Below are positions 18,311-26,646 of a DNA stretch of 37,242 nt, in pieces. Numbering within the stretch: the first letter of the stretch is position 1; each line of letters starts with the position of its first letter. The notes below the pieces were generated by a model. The model did no database searches and was not told the DNA's origin. It saw only the letters and a list, made by a program, of their open reading frames with translations. Location: the NCBI GenBank assembly GCA_964615385.1, contig CAZTMQ010000002.1, positions 1 through 37,242 of the forward strand, read 5' to 3'. The position numbers and the translations under genes were made by a program. This stretch comes from an uncultured Methanosarcinales archaeon (GTDB taxonomy: Archaea; Nanobdellota; Nanobdellia; Woesearchaeales; UBA119).

Positions 18311-19366
18311 ATGGGCATTCCGAATTTAAACGAAGCTAACACTTTAGAAGCCACTGCTAAAAACATATCAGAATTTGAATACTTTCTTCCAAAAGAATTA
18401 ATCGCTCAGGAAGGCTTAGCAAAAAGAGACAAATCAAGGCTTTTAGTGTATTCAAAACGCACTGGACAGATTAGTCATAAGATATTTGAAAATATTATAG
18501 ACTACTTTGATAAAGGGGACATCTTTGTTATTAACGAGACCAAGGTAAATAAATGGCTTTTAGAGGGTAAAAAAGAGAGTGGAACAAATATGTCTCTTAC
18601 CTTCACTAAAAGAGTTGATGATATAAGATTTGAGTGTTTTGTATCAGGGAGACGGCCTATTAAGGGAACTAAAATAATATTTGAAAATGGATTCTTTTGT
18701 GAGATTAAAAGAGCTAAAAATTATGATTTTTTAGTTGAATTTAATAAAAACCCTAATGAGCTTATTAATGAAAAAGGACGGCTTATTTTGCCTCCTTATA
18801 TCAAAACAAAACTAAAAGATGACTCAAGATATCAAACTATTTTCGCAAGAAAACAAGGGAGTATTGCCGCTCCCACGGCAGGGCTTCATTTCACAAATGA
18901 ACTAATTGAAAGGCTTGAAAGAAAAGGGGTTAGGTTTGCTAAGGTTTGCTTAAATGTGGGGATTGGAACCTTTGAAAAGATTAAGTCAAAGGATTATACA
19001 AAGCATCTTATGCACTCAGAGGATTTTGAGGTATCAAGCGAATGTGCAAATATGATAAACGAAAAGCAAGGAAAGCTTGTTATCGTTGGGACAACTACCT
19101 TAAGGGCCCTTGAAAGCTCTGTTGACACTGAAGGCAAGGTTTTGCCAAATAAAGGCTCCACTTCGCTTTTTATCTATCCAGGATATAACTTTAAGCTCAA
19201 ATTTGATGCTATGATCACCAATTTTCATTTGCCAAAGACATCACTTCTTCTCCTTATTGCTTCAATCATTGGCAAAACTGAGCTTTTTAGATGCTATGAT
19301 GACGCCATTAAGGAAAAATATAGATTTTACTCTTTAGGTGATGCTATGATGATAACCCTGTATTAA
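18311..19366 (+). CDS. queA: S-adenosylmethionine:tRNA ribosyltransferase-isomerase
   Basis: FEYFLPKELIAQEGLAKRDKSRLLV, PPYIK, RYQTIFA...GSIAAPTAGLHFT, VGTTTLRALES, ITNFHLPKTSLLLL and YRFYSLGDAMMI are canonical QueA blocks. Confidence 0.9.
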   Translation: MGIPNLNEANTLEATAKNISEFEYFLPKELIAQEGLAKRDKSRLLVYSKRTGQISHKIFENIIDYFDKGDIFVINETKVNKWLLEGKKESGTNMSLTFTKRVDDIRFECFVSGRRPIKGTKIIFENGFFCEIKRAKNYDFLVEFNKNPNELINEKGRLILPPYIKTKLKDDSRYQTIFARKQGSIAAPTAGLHFTNELIERLERKGVRFAKVCLNVGIGTFEKIKSKDYTKHLMHSEDFEVSSECANMINEKQGKLVIVGTTTLRALESSVDTEGKVLPNKGSTSLFIYPGYNFKLKFDAMITNFHLPKTSLLLLIASIIGKTELFRCYDDAIKEKYRFYSLGDAMMITLY

Positions 19367-19474
19367 CTTAATTATTAACAATAATCCTAGGAATAAATGA
19401 GAAAGAAAGTTGTTACTTGGGTGTAGAAACATTTATATATCTCTTTTTGTTCCCACTTCAAAGGCTTGATTAAT

Positions 19475-20740
19475 ATGGAAGACCAAATATCTATTCAAAA
19501 GGAATCTAATAACGAAAATCTAAGCGTCCTTGAGGCAATGATTGGCAAGGAAAGCCCACGTCTTATTAGAGATAGATTCAATCAAATTTCGGATATTATT
19601 GATAACAAACATCCTTTGGACATCGTTGAGTACCTTGAGATCAAGGATTTACTCAATTCAAATAAGAGCATATTAAAAAAGGATGGAAAAGATAATCTTA
19701 CACAGTATCAAACTGAAAAGATAGATGCATATAAAAGATTAGATGAACAACTTAATGCCTTTTCTAACTTCGAAGATACAATCGGGCCCGAGCTCTCAAA
19801 TATTCTTTCTAAAAAGGGCTCTTATAGGTATTGGGATAACAGAATCGATGCCATACAAAAATATGTATCCTCAAAAGATGCGAATGATGATATGATTAGG
19901 TATTTCTCAGACTACGTAGGCAATGCAATAAACTCATTTACAAAAAAGGATGGAACCCTAAAAGCAAGAAAGGACCCTGACACATTTAACAAGTTAAAGG
20001 AGTTAAAAAAAGACATTAGTTGCATTCTTTACAATCGAAGTAATACAAACAGTCACGATGATTCAACAATTATAACAGGGATGAACACAGATGACCGCCT
20101 GGAGTATAAAGTAGAAAAAAATAACGAATTTATTAAAGACGCCACTTTGGAAGAAGAAGAAGATCCATATGAAATTCTCGCAGGTCAAACAAAGATGGGA
20201 ATTTTTAAAAAGGGCTTGAGAAGACTTGTAGATGGGGCAATAGGCCACTTAAATGGACATTATAATGTCAATGACGTTTACTCTAAAAGAACAATAGAGA
20301 TTGCAAAAAGCTTGGGAGAATACGACAAACTTCAAGAGTTTACAATAGAATTAAACAATAATGCAAAAAATGCAAAAGAAGCGATTGCTTACATTAAAAA
20401 GGTTGATGAAGAAAGGGGCTTTTCATATACTCCTGAGATTAAAAAAATCAACTTGCATTCAAAATATAAAATTCAAAATTCCGAAGAGAGAGAAAAGATA
20501 TTCTTTGGAACTAAAGATTACTTCTCATGGGCAACTAGGCTCAAAGCTTTTTTAAATAAGAGAAAGGATGAATTGATATCACTCGCAGGGGATTTTAACA
20601 ACGCCTACCAAAGAAGTGTAGATAACAACAGAACAAAAATTGATAAAATAGCGGAACTTTCAAGTCAAATAGGCTTGTACAATAAAATGGGAGAATATGG
20701 AAAAATCTTTAGGGCAAGACTTCCACCTGCTCTAATGTAA
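19475..20740 (+). CDS. Hypothetical K/N/D-rich helical protein
   Basis: Long ORF (alternative TTG start at 19466). A TATA-like CATTTATATAT lies upstream. No recognised motif. Confidence 0.5.
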   Translation: MEDQISIQKESNNENLSVLEAMIGKESPRLIRDRFNQISDIIDNKHPLDIVEYLEIKDLLNSNKSILKKDGKDNLTQYQTEKIDAYKRLDEQLNAFSNFEDTIGPELSNILSKKGSYRYWDNRIDAIQKYVSSKDANDDMIRYFSDYVGNAINSFTKKDGTLKARKDPDTFNKLKELKKDISCILYNRSNTNSHDDSTIITGMNTDDRLEYKVEKNNEFIKDATLEEEEDPYEILAGQTKMGIFKKGLRRLVDGAIGHLNGHYNVNDVYSKRTIEIAKSLGEYDKLQEFTIELNNNAKNAKEAIAYIKKVDEERGFSYTPEIKKINLHSKYKIQNSEEREKIFFGTKDYFSWATRLKAFLNKRKDELISLAGDFNNAYQRSVDNNRTKIDKIAELSSQIGLYNKMGEYGKIFRARLPPALM

Positions 20741-20779
20741 AAGATTTGTTTATTTTAATTCTTTTCAAATATTTTTCTT

Positions 20780-21415
20780 TCAAATGTCTCGCATTGAAAA
20801 CTCACAGCCACAATAGTGCTGGCGGTAAAGATTATACTTCTTTGAAATAATTACACTCTTTTCAAAGCCCCCCTTTTTCTTGAAATCTATTTTAAGGAAG
20901 ATGGGATAATCATTGCTACTATCTTCTTCTTTTAACGTATCAGTTCTTTCATCTTTTCCTTCTTCGCCATTATTTTTTTGTCTAGCACTAATCAAATTAG
21001 CTATTTCAAATATCGCCTTACTATTTTTATGCGGGCTTATTGTAAGTGTAGTTGTATATAGGCCAAGCCCAATAGATTGCGCCTTAAAAAATGCCTTTCT
21101 CAACCTGAATTCAAAGCATTTAAGGCATCTTTTGCCATTCTCTTTTTCGGCTTCAAGCCCTTTTACGTATTGGAGCCATATTTTATGCTCTAACGGATAA
21201 TCGTAATCGATTTCTATTAAATTGTAATTCATGCTTTTGCAAAAAGAAACACACTCATTATATCTTTTATCATGCTCAGATTTTGGGTAAATATTTGGAT
21301 TGTAAAAATAGCCGATTGGCTCAAATCCATCTTCTTTTAATCTCAGAAAACTTTCTGTTGCACAAGGCGCGCAGCAGATATGAAGCAAGATTTTTTCTTT
21401 ATTCATTCCTTTCAT
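20780..21415 (-). CDS. queH: Epoxyqueuosine reductase QueH (DUF208 family)
   Basis: LLHICCAPCA, YFYNPNIYP, RCLKCFEFRL, TTTLTISPHKN and LYRQHYCGCEFS match the QueH Cys-rich signature. A charged insertion precedes the last block. Confidence 0.85.
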   Translation of the reverse strand: MKGMNKEKILLHICCAPCATESFLRLKEDGFEPIGYFYNPNIYPKSEHDKRYNECVSFCKSMNYNLIEIDYDYPLEHKIWLQYVKGLEAEKENGKRCLKCFEFRLRKAFFKAQSIGLGLYTTTLTISPHKNSKAIFEIANLISARQKNNGEEGKDERTDTLKEEDSSNDYPIFLKIDFKKKGGFEKSVIISKKYNLYRQHYCGCEFSMRDI

Positions 21416-23144
21416 CTTGTCCTATGTTGTCGTCTTGTCCTAATGTTTCATCAGGGGTTGAATGTTGCTGATCTTGAGTTATGGACAAATTATCATTCTT
21501 TTTACTTTGTTTATTTTGTTTATTTTGCTTTACTATTGAATTTTCTATCTCCATTAATTCTTTACTAAGCATCTGCTTTGACTCATATGCTTTTCCTAAG
21601 AGATAAAGATTTGAGATTATCCTTTTTAGTTCGGGATAACTTAAAGCAAAGGCCTCAAATGGCTTATCAGAGCGTAAACGCTCTATATTTATCAAAAGAT
21701 CTTCTTCAAGCCCTTTGGCATCCTTATTCTCTTTGTATATCAAATAAAGCTTTAACATGTCCTTATATATTTCAAAGAGCTCTGGAGCCTTAGAAAGTGC
21801 CTCTGAAAGCTCACTGTTTTGGCCTAATTGATATATATCGTTGGCAATTTCTGATTCAGTCCTCAAAAGCTCTTGATTAGCTATCTTTATGAGGTTTTTA
21901 ATAGAAACGTAATGGGTGTTAAATAAAAGTCTGACCCTCCTTATCTTTTGAGCTTCATCGTATGTGAAAAATTTTATAAAAATGGCTATAACTAAAGGCG
22001 AAAGCATTAGCAAAAAGATTAAAAGCCAAAGATTTTCAAAGTACTCTTTTGGACATAACGCAAAGAAATAATGATATAAATATATGATGACAGAGATTAT
22101 GAGAAATATCGCTATGAATATCTTTGAATTTGTGATAGCCTTATATTTTAGTACTGCTTTTTTTATCTCATCAAGCTTTTTGTTTTTTTCCAAAAGCTTA
22201 AGCCTAAAATGAAGCCTTGCTATTCTCAATGTGATTACACAAAAAATAATTAGATAAAATACGATGGAAGGCAAGCTAAAGAATCCTAATCTTAGCTCAC
22301 ACTTTGATATAATCCCTAATGGTCTTTCTTCTTCAACTGTCCTATTTGTATAGTTATGTATAGGAGTTTCATTAAAAACTATCTTCTCTTCATATATGCA
22401 AGGTAAAATTATATCAGGCATATTTTCTGTGGTGTTACAGTTATTTAAATCGATACACTCTCTAACTTTTGTTCCATTTGGAAAGCATTCGCTCCATTCA
22501 GAGCACACCCACTTCTCCTCGCAGAGTGCCTCTTCAATTGGCAGAGACTCAGGAACGCCTGAACCAAAATCACTACCCGCTCCACCTGCGCTACTGTCTC
22601 CACCACCTTCGCCACTACCTCCCTGGGAAGGTGGCTTATCTGGGGTAACAGGGCATTCACCACAATCCTCTGGGCAAGTCACACAGCTTTCAAACGATCT
22701 ATCACAAAAGCCGTCCCCACACACTAAAGGTGGAGAAACAAGATTTACTTCCATAAAAGTCCCACTATACCATCGAGAAAAATTAAAGGTTTGATTGGTA
22801 GCATTAAGAACTGTTGCAGGAAACGTTCCAACCTTGAAATATATTTGCTCATTTTCAATCGGGCCTAAATCGCCATAATTCTCGTCCGCGCCCCTGCACG
22901 TCATCGTTCCATAATATCCAAGGTTTTCAACTAAAAATTTTCCACACATATTGCCTCTTGAATCGTAGGCAGTAATCGGTGTCCCTGGGGGCGCGGGCAT
23001 TCCGTAAAGCCTTGCAAAGCCATAATACTCTGTAGGAAGCGGTGGAATTGAAAGGGCAAATTTCGGTAAAATTAACAGTAAAAGGAAAGCTAAAGCTATG
23101 CAAAAGAGGCTCGCTTGATTTGGCTTTGAGGTTAGTCTTCCCAT
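21399..23144 (-). CDS. Multi-pass membrane protein with Cys-rich ectodomain and coiled-coil cytoplasmic tail
   Basis: Met 23144 (MGRLTSKPNQ + hydrophobic stretch) is preferred over the track start 23183. It has Cys clusters CGDGFCDRSFESCVTCPEDCGEC and CEEKWVCSEWSEC, a Gly/Ser linker and several hydrophobic helices. Its 3' end overlaps the queH start. Confidence 0.6.
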   Translation of the reverse strand: MGRLTSKPNQASLFCIALAFLLLLILPKFALSIPPLPTEYYGFARLYGMPAPPGTPITAYDSRGNMCGKFLVENLGYYGTMTCRGADENYGDLGPIENEQIYFKVGTFPATVLNATNQTFNFSRWYSGTFMEVNLVSPPLVCGDGFCDRSFESCVTCPEDCGECPVTPDKPPSQGGSGEGGGDSSAGGAGSDFGSGVPESLPIEEALCEEKWVCSEWSECFPNGTKVRECIDLNNCNTTENMPDIILPCIYEEKIVFNETPIHNYTNRTVEEERPLGIISKCELRLGFFSLPSIVFYLIIFCVITLRIARLHFRLKLLEKNKKLDEIKKAVLKYKAITNSKIFIAIFLIISVIIYLYHYFFALCPKEYFENLWLLIFLLMLSPLVIAIFIKFFTYDEAQKIRRVRLLFNTHYVSIKNLIKIANQELLRTESEIANDIYQLGQNSELSEALSKAPELFEIYKDMLKLYLIYKENKDAKGLEEDLLINIERLRSDKPFEAFALSYPELKRIISNLYLLGKAYESKQMLSKELMEIENSIVKQNKQNKQSKKNDNLSITQDQQHSTPDETLGQDDNIGQDERNE

Positions 23145-23821
23145 GTTAATACCCAATAAACATCTTTTGTAACATTTATCCAATATCCCTTGCCAGGAAC
23201 AAAATACTCAAGATCCCCACCAGTAATGTTGTCATATGTAAGCCATCCTTCATCATATGATACAACCTTTGTAAAATCATTCTTTATTGATTCAAGTGCT
23301 GATGTTACGTTCCTAGTTTCTATGGAAGGATACCCTACATAATTCCAGCCGGTGTAAAGCTTTATTGATGTAGTGGTGAATCTAAGCCCTTCTCTAAAGT
23401 ATGTTCCATTTTCATTCATGTAAACGTAATATCCTTCCTTTCTGTTTAGCCTGTCAAATCCTTGCACAACCCAATCAGGAAGGCTTGGGTTATAGCTATC
23501 CCATGAATCATTTCTATCTGTTGGATTATATCTAAAAAAATAAGAATAATTTAGCGATTCGTTGCTTGCATTAGTAAAGCTCTCATTTATTGTTCCAACT
23601 CCTGTTTCACAATAAAAAGAAACAATATTCATTCCTTCTTGCAATTCCACAGTGCAGTTTTCTGGAGGGGTTTCATATATATAAGCGCTGGTAACAGTAT
23701 TTCCTGTAATCTTATTTATTACTTCCAAAAAGATTGGAGAGCTAAATATAAACACAACAGCTAAAAGGATTAACACAATCAGAATAAGAAGCAAGGTGAT
23801 GTCTTTTTTCAGCTTAATCAC
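23132..23821 (-). CDS. Signal-anchored secreted protein, sequon-rich
   Basis: The probable start is GTG 23821 behind GAGGAAAAGG, giving KLKKD followed by a TM helix. The track ORF extends to 23875. GWNYVGYP and PGKGYWINV motifs are common in archaeal surface proteins. Confidence 0.55.
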   Translation of the reverse strand: MIKLKKDITLLLILIVLILLAVVFIFSSPIFLEVINKITGNTVTSAYIYETPPENCTVELQEGMNIVSFYCETGVGTINESFTNASNESLNYSYFFRYNPTDRNDSWDSYNPSLPDWVVQGFDRLNRKEGYYVYMNENGTYFREGLRFTTTSIKLYTGWNYVGYPSIETRNVTSALESIKNDFTKVVSYDEGWLTYDNITGGDLEYFVPGKGYWINVTKDVYWVLTWED

Positions 23822-23981
23822 CCTTTTCCTCTTTAAAATCAAGATACCAGCGATTCTTTGATTTGTCATATACAAATATAACAGAATGCTTTTTTTTAAG
23901 GTCTAGCGGAAATAAAAGCGGCATAGGGATTGTTGTTTCATATGAACTGCCCCTAGAATAAAGTTTTCTTTTAATCTCCAT
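23814..23981 (-). CDS. Small (55 aa) possible AbrB/SpoVT-like DNA-binding protein, absent from the ORF track
   Basis: Hand translation: MEIKRKLYSRGSSYETTIPMPLLFPLDLKKKHSVIFVYDKSKNRWYLDFKEEKGD. The RK..S.G.S..TTIP pattern resembles swapped-hairpin AbrB-type domains. Its stop overlaps the downstream GTG start (GTGATTAA). Confidence 0.35.
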   Translation of the reverse strand: MEIKRKLYSRGSSYETTIPMPLLFPLDLKKKHSVIFVYDKSKNRWYLDFKEEKGD

Positions 23982-24169
23982 AAGAAAGTCTTTTGCTCTT
24001 TGAGTATTTAAAGGTTACTTATTTTTTTACATAGAAAAATACTTACTTTTTTACTTATTTATTGGATAAGAAACCATAAAAATTACACACTTTAAGTACT
24101 TGGCCTTCTTTTAAAGCACCAAAATTTAATGATAAAATAAAAACAACCATAAGAAAAAAATATGACCAA

Positions 24170-25945
24170 CTAAAGCTTTTCACCGCATTTTTTGCAGTAT
24201 TTTCTAACAATAGGATTTTTGTAGCCACACTTTTTACATTTCTTCTTTAGGAGCATTAAAAGCAAGAGTACAATTATTAGCACGATTACAATTATTATCG
24301 TGAAATCAAATGCCGCATATTTGAAATCGTATAATCCTTCTTTAACCTTTATTAATGCGTTTTCCCTTTCTCCATAGATTACCTTGACTTTCACCTGAGG
24401 ATTTTGAGGGATATCCAGTTCAGTCATTGTTGTTTGTATTGGGATTGTTATTGTCTTTCCAACAGGAACCAGGGTAATTCCGTCAGCACCTACTATCAAA
24501 AGTTCACCATTAACATCAAGGTCATGTATCTCTGCTGTTACATAAGCATCAACAGTCCCCACGTTTTTTACTTTAACCAAGAATCTGCTACCGCTCTTTG
24601 CATAGCTTACATCTATAATATCAATTTCTGCCTCATCAAATATGCTTACCCGCTCAACTTTTATTATCTTTTGAAGTGTTTGCTCTAAGGATTTAGGAGA
24701 CTCTCCATATATTGTGTTTATTTCTAATGTAAGATTATCTCCAACAAGCTCTATTTTGTTTCCATCTGCATCAACAAGAGGGTGTATTGTTGTCTTATAG
24801 CTATTTGCTTCTATATATTCAGCAGGGGATTCATCAGGGATTACAACACTTTTTTCTTCATCAGTAATAGTTAAGAGCAGTGGATGGAAATAAGCCCCGA
24901 TTCTCCCAGGATTATGATATGTAATTTCAAGATTATTTGTAGCAGTATTAATAGAAGCAGTGACTATTTCAAGGCTTAAGGGATATGTTGGGATAGGAAA
25001 TCTATCAAGATCTTCAACTTGAGCAACAGCTCCTTGCGGCACCCTTGCCCCTTGCCCGAACTTCACAAAGACACTTAGGCCCGTCTGTCTTCTCACAAAC
25101 GTAGCTGTACCAATTAATTCGTTGCCTACTAAAGTTCCAACCTGAAGATCACTGTTTTTTATATAATCCCTCACCTGATCTGGAACATTTGAATAGCCTA
25201 TAAAAAGCACTGGATCCTTTCCTGCAACAACGCTATCTTCAATAAACTCTCCATTTGTAAGTATAGCCTGCCGTCTTGGCTCTCCATTAAGCTCTTCATA
25301 TAACTCCTGATATAGCTTTACAATCTCAATATTATTATCAAATCGATCTCCTGTATTTATTGTAATTGGATTATATTTTTCAAGCGCATCTTTAACCTGC
25401 CTTGCCACCTGACCATAGATTATTACTTCACTTGGTGAGCGTTCATCCATAGCCCGCACAAGTTGGTTTATGTTTCTTTGGTCAGCAAAAAGAACATAGT
25501 ATTTGCCAAGTAATGCGTATGGTGCAACAGAAATCGAGTTATACCCATAAGAAGGGTCTATTATTATGAACTTTTTTATGCTGGGAAGTAGCTCCAAGAG
25601 CTCCAAATTGCCATTTCCAACCTTAAGCTCCTGAACGTTGTCATACCCATCATTTTCAAGTATGCTCTTGTAATTTAATACATATGGGTTTGTTCTAGAG
25701 CTAATTATCTCAACAGGTGCCGCGCCTTTAGGAATAGAGTAAAGAATAATGGTTCCATGCCGTGTACTCGTGAGAAAATACCCTTGGTATCCATTAAGAT
25801 TAGCATAGAGCATTCCAGAATAAACATCCTTCCAATCTGCAGAGTTTATTAATACTCTTGTTCCCTGAGACTGCGCTAACGCGATGGAGGGCAGGCTAAC
25901 CAGCACTAAAGCCAGCATAACTAAAATTAAGCATCTTAACTTCAA
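24170..25945 (-). CDS. Secreted surface protein with C-terminal TM anchor and cytoplasmic zinc ribbon
   Basis: Sec signal MKLRCLILVMLALVLVSLPSIALA-QSQ. Three alpha/beta-like repeats are loosely reminiscent of cell-wall-binding modules. A TM helix (IIIVIVLIIVLLLLMLL) is followed by CKKCGYKNPIVRKYCKKCG. Confidence 0.65.
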   Translation of the reverse strand: MKLRCLILVMLALVLVSLPSIALAQSQGTRVLINSADWKDVYSGMLYANLNGYQGYFLTSTRHGTIILYSIPKGAAPVEIISSRTNPYVLNYKSILENDGYDNVQELKVGNGNLELLELLPSIKKFIIIDPSYGYNSISVAPYALLGKYYVLFADQRNINQLVRAMDERSPSEVIIYGQVARQVKDALEKYNPITINTGDRFDNNIEIVKLYQELYEELNGEPRRQAILTNGEFIEDSVVAGKDPVLFIGYSNVPDQVRDYIKNSDLQVGTLVGNELIGTATFVRRQTGLSVFVKFGQGARVPQGAVAQVEDLDRFPIPTYPLSLEIVTASINTATNNLEITYHNPGRIGAYFHPLLLTITDEEKSVVIPDESPAEYIEANSYKTTIHPLVDADGNKIELVGDNLTLEINTIYGESPKSLEQTLQKIIKVERVSIFDEAEIDIIDVSYAKSGSRFLVKVKNVGTVDAYVTAEIHDLDVNGELLIVGADGITLVPVGKTITIPIQTTMTELDIPQNPQVKVKVIYGERENALIKVKEGLYDFKYAAFDFTIIIVIVLIIVLLLLMLLKKKCKKCGYKNPIVRKYCKKCGEKL

Positions 25946-26074
25946 ACCTCATCCCCCACAGCATGTCATAAAACTAATTATACTCTTTTCCATTCTCCAA
26001 GATTATATAAAGTTTTCTTTTTTGGCGTCATTAAAGATATAGGGCGTCATTCTTGCTAAAAACCGATTATCTTC

Positions 26075-26204
26075 TTGATTTCGTGAATCCGTCATTCGCA
26101 TACTTTGGTTTTTCAAGCCGAAGTAAGAATAGACGGATTCACTTAACGATTAACCTCGACTATTCACGAGATACCTCGACATTTATGCCGAGGTTTTTCA
26201 TTTT
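26075..26204 (+). repeat. Structured repeat element, copy B (short form); possible ncRNA or cis-regulatory leader
   Basis: Arms 26085..26108 and 26118..26140 form a ~21-bp imperfect stem with a 9-nt loop. An A-to-G change relative to copy A keeps pairing as G-U. The 3' hairpin ACCTCG-N10-CGAGGT is followed by TTTTT. Confidence 0.8.
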
Positions 26205-26259
26205 TCTTTAATAAACTTTTGTGAAAAAGCTTTAATAAGGCTAGAAAATAATTTTGTGC

Positions 26260-26277
26260 TATTTTGCTAGCAAAATA
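26260..26277. promoter_or_regulatory. Perfect 18-bp palindrome, candidate operator upstream of the RHH gene
   Basis: TATTTTGCTAGCAAAATA is its own reverse complement. It lies ~190 bp upstream of the RHH start. A second inverted repeat CAGCTA-N9-TAGCTG follows ~35 bp downstream. Confidence 0.35.
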
Positions 26278-26465
26278 CTTTAATTTCAAAATATAGAAAT
26301 ATTTAAATAGCAGCTATGGCAAAAGCTAGCTGTGAGATTGCGTCCTATGAGAAGTTTTGCAATAATTTAGAAGGATTGCATACTTTTTCAAGGTCTTAGT
26401 AAAAAAAGTTAGAAAAAAAGATTCGCAGAAAAGTGATATCTTTTAAAAAAAGAAAAGAGATTTTT

Positions 26466-26627
26466 ATGCCTAAAAAACAGCTTAATGTTAGACTGGATGA
26501 AGAAATTCACACTAAGGCAAAGATAGTTGCAATTCTTAAAGGAAAAACTTTAAACGATTATATTGAAGAGGCCATTGTCAACGCCCTTAAGAAAGATGAG
26601 AGTATATCCGCTAAAATGAAAAGGTAG
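26466..26627 (+). CDS. Ribbon-helix-helix (CopG/Arc-like) DNA-binding protein
   Basis: MPKKQLNVRLDEEIHTKAKIVAILKGKTLNDYIEEAIVNALKK fits the strand-helix-helix pattern. It ends 19 nt before the 1095-aa gene. Confidence 0.7.
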   Translation: MPKKQLNVRLDEEIHTKAKIVAILKGKTLNDYIEEAIVNALKKDESISAKMKR

Positions 26628-26646
26628 ATACCACTTTACATAAAAG

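Noticed and set aside
22396-22794. 132-aa plus-strand ORF with a Pro/Ser-rich translation
   Set aside because: It is the mirror of the Gly/Ser/Cys-rich linker of the minus-strand membrane protein. The minus-strand frame gives coherent Cys-cluster and TM features, so this is a shadow ORF.
11294-26204. Diversity-generating retroelement (template/variable repeat pair) or IS/transposon explaining the two repeat copies
   Set aside because: No reverse transcriptase, transposase or integrase ORF is in the window. The copies are non-coding, and they differ by a loop insertion and a structure-preserving substitution rather than adenine-specific changes.
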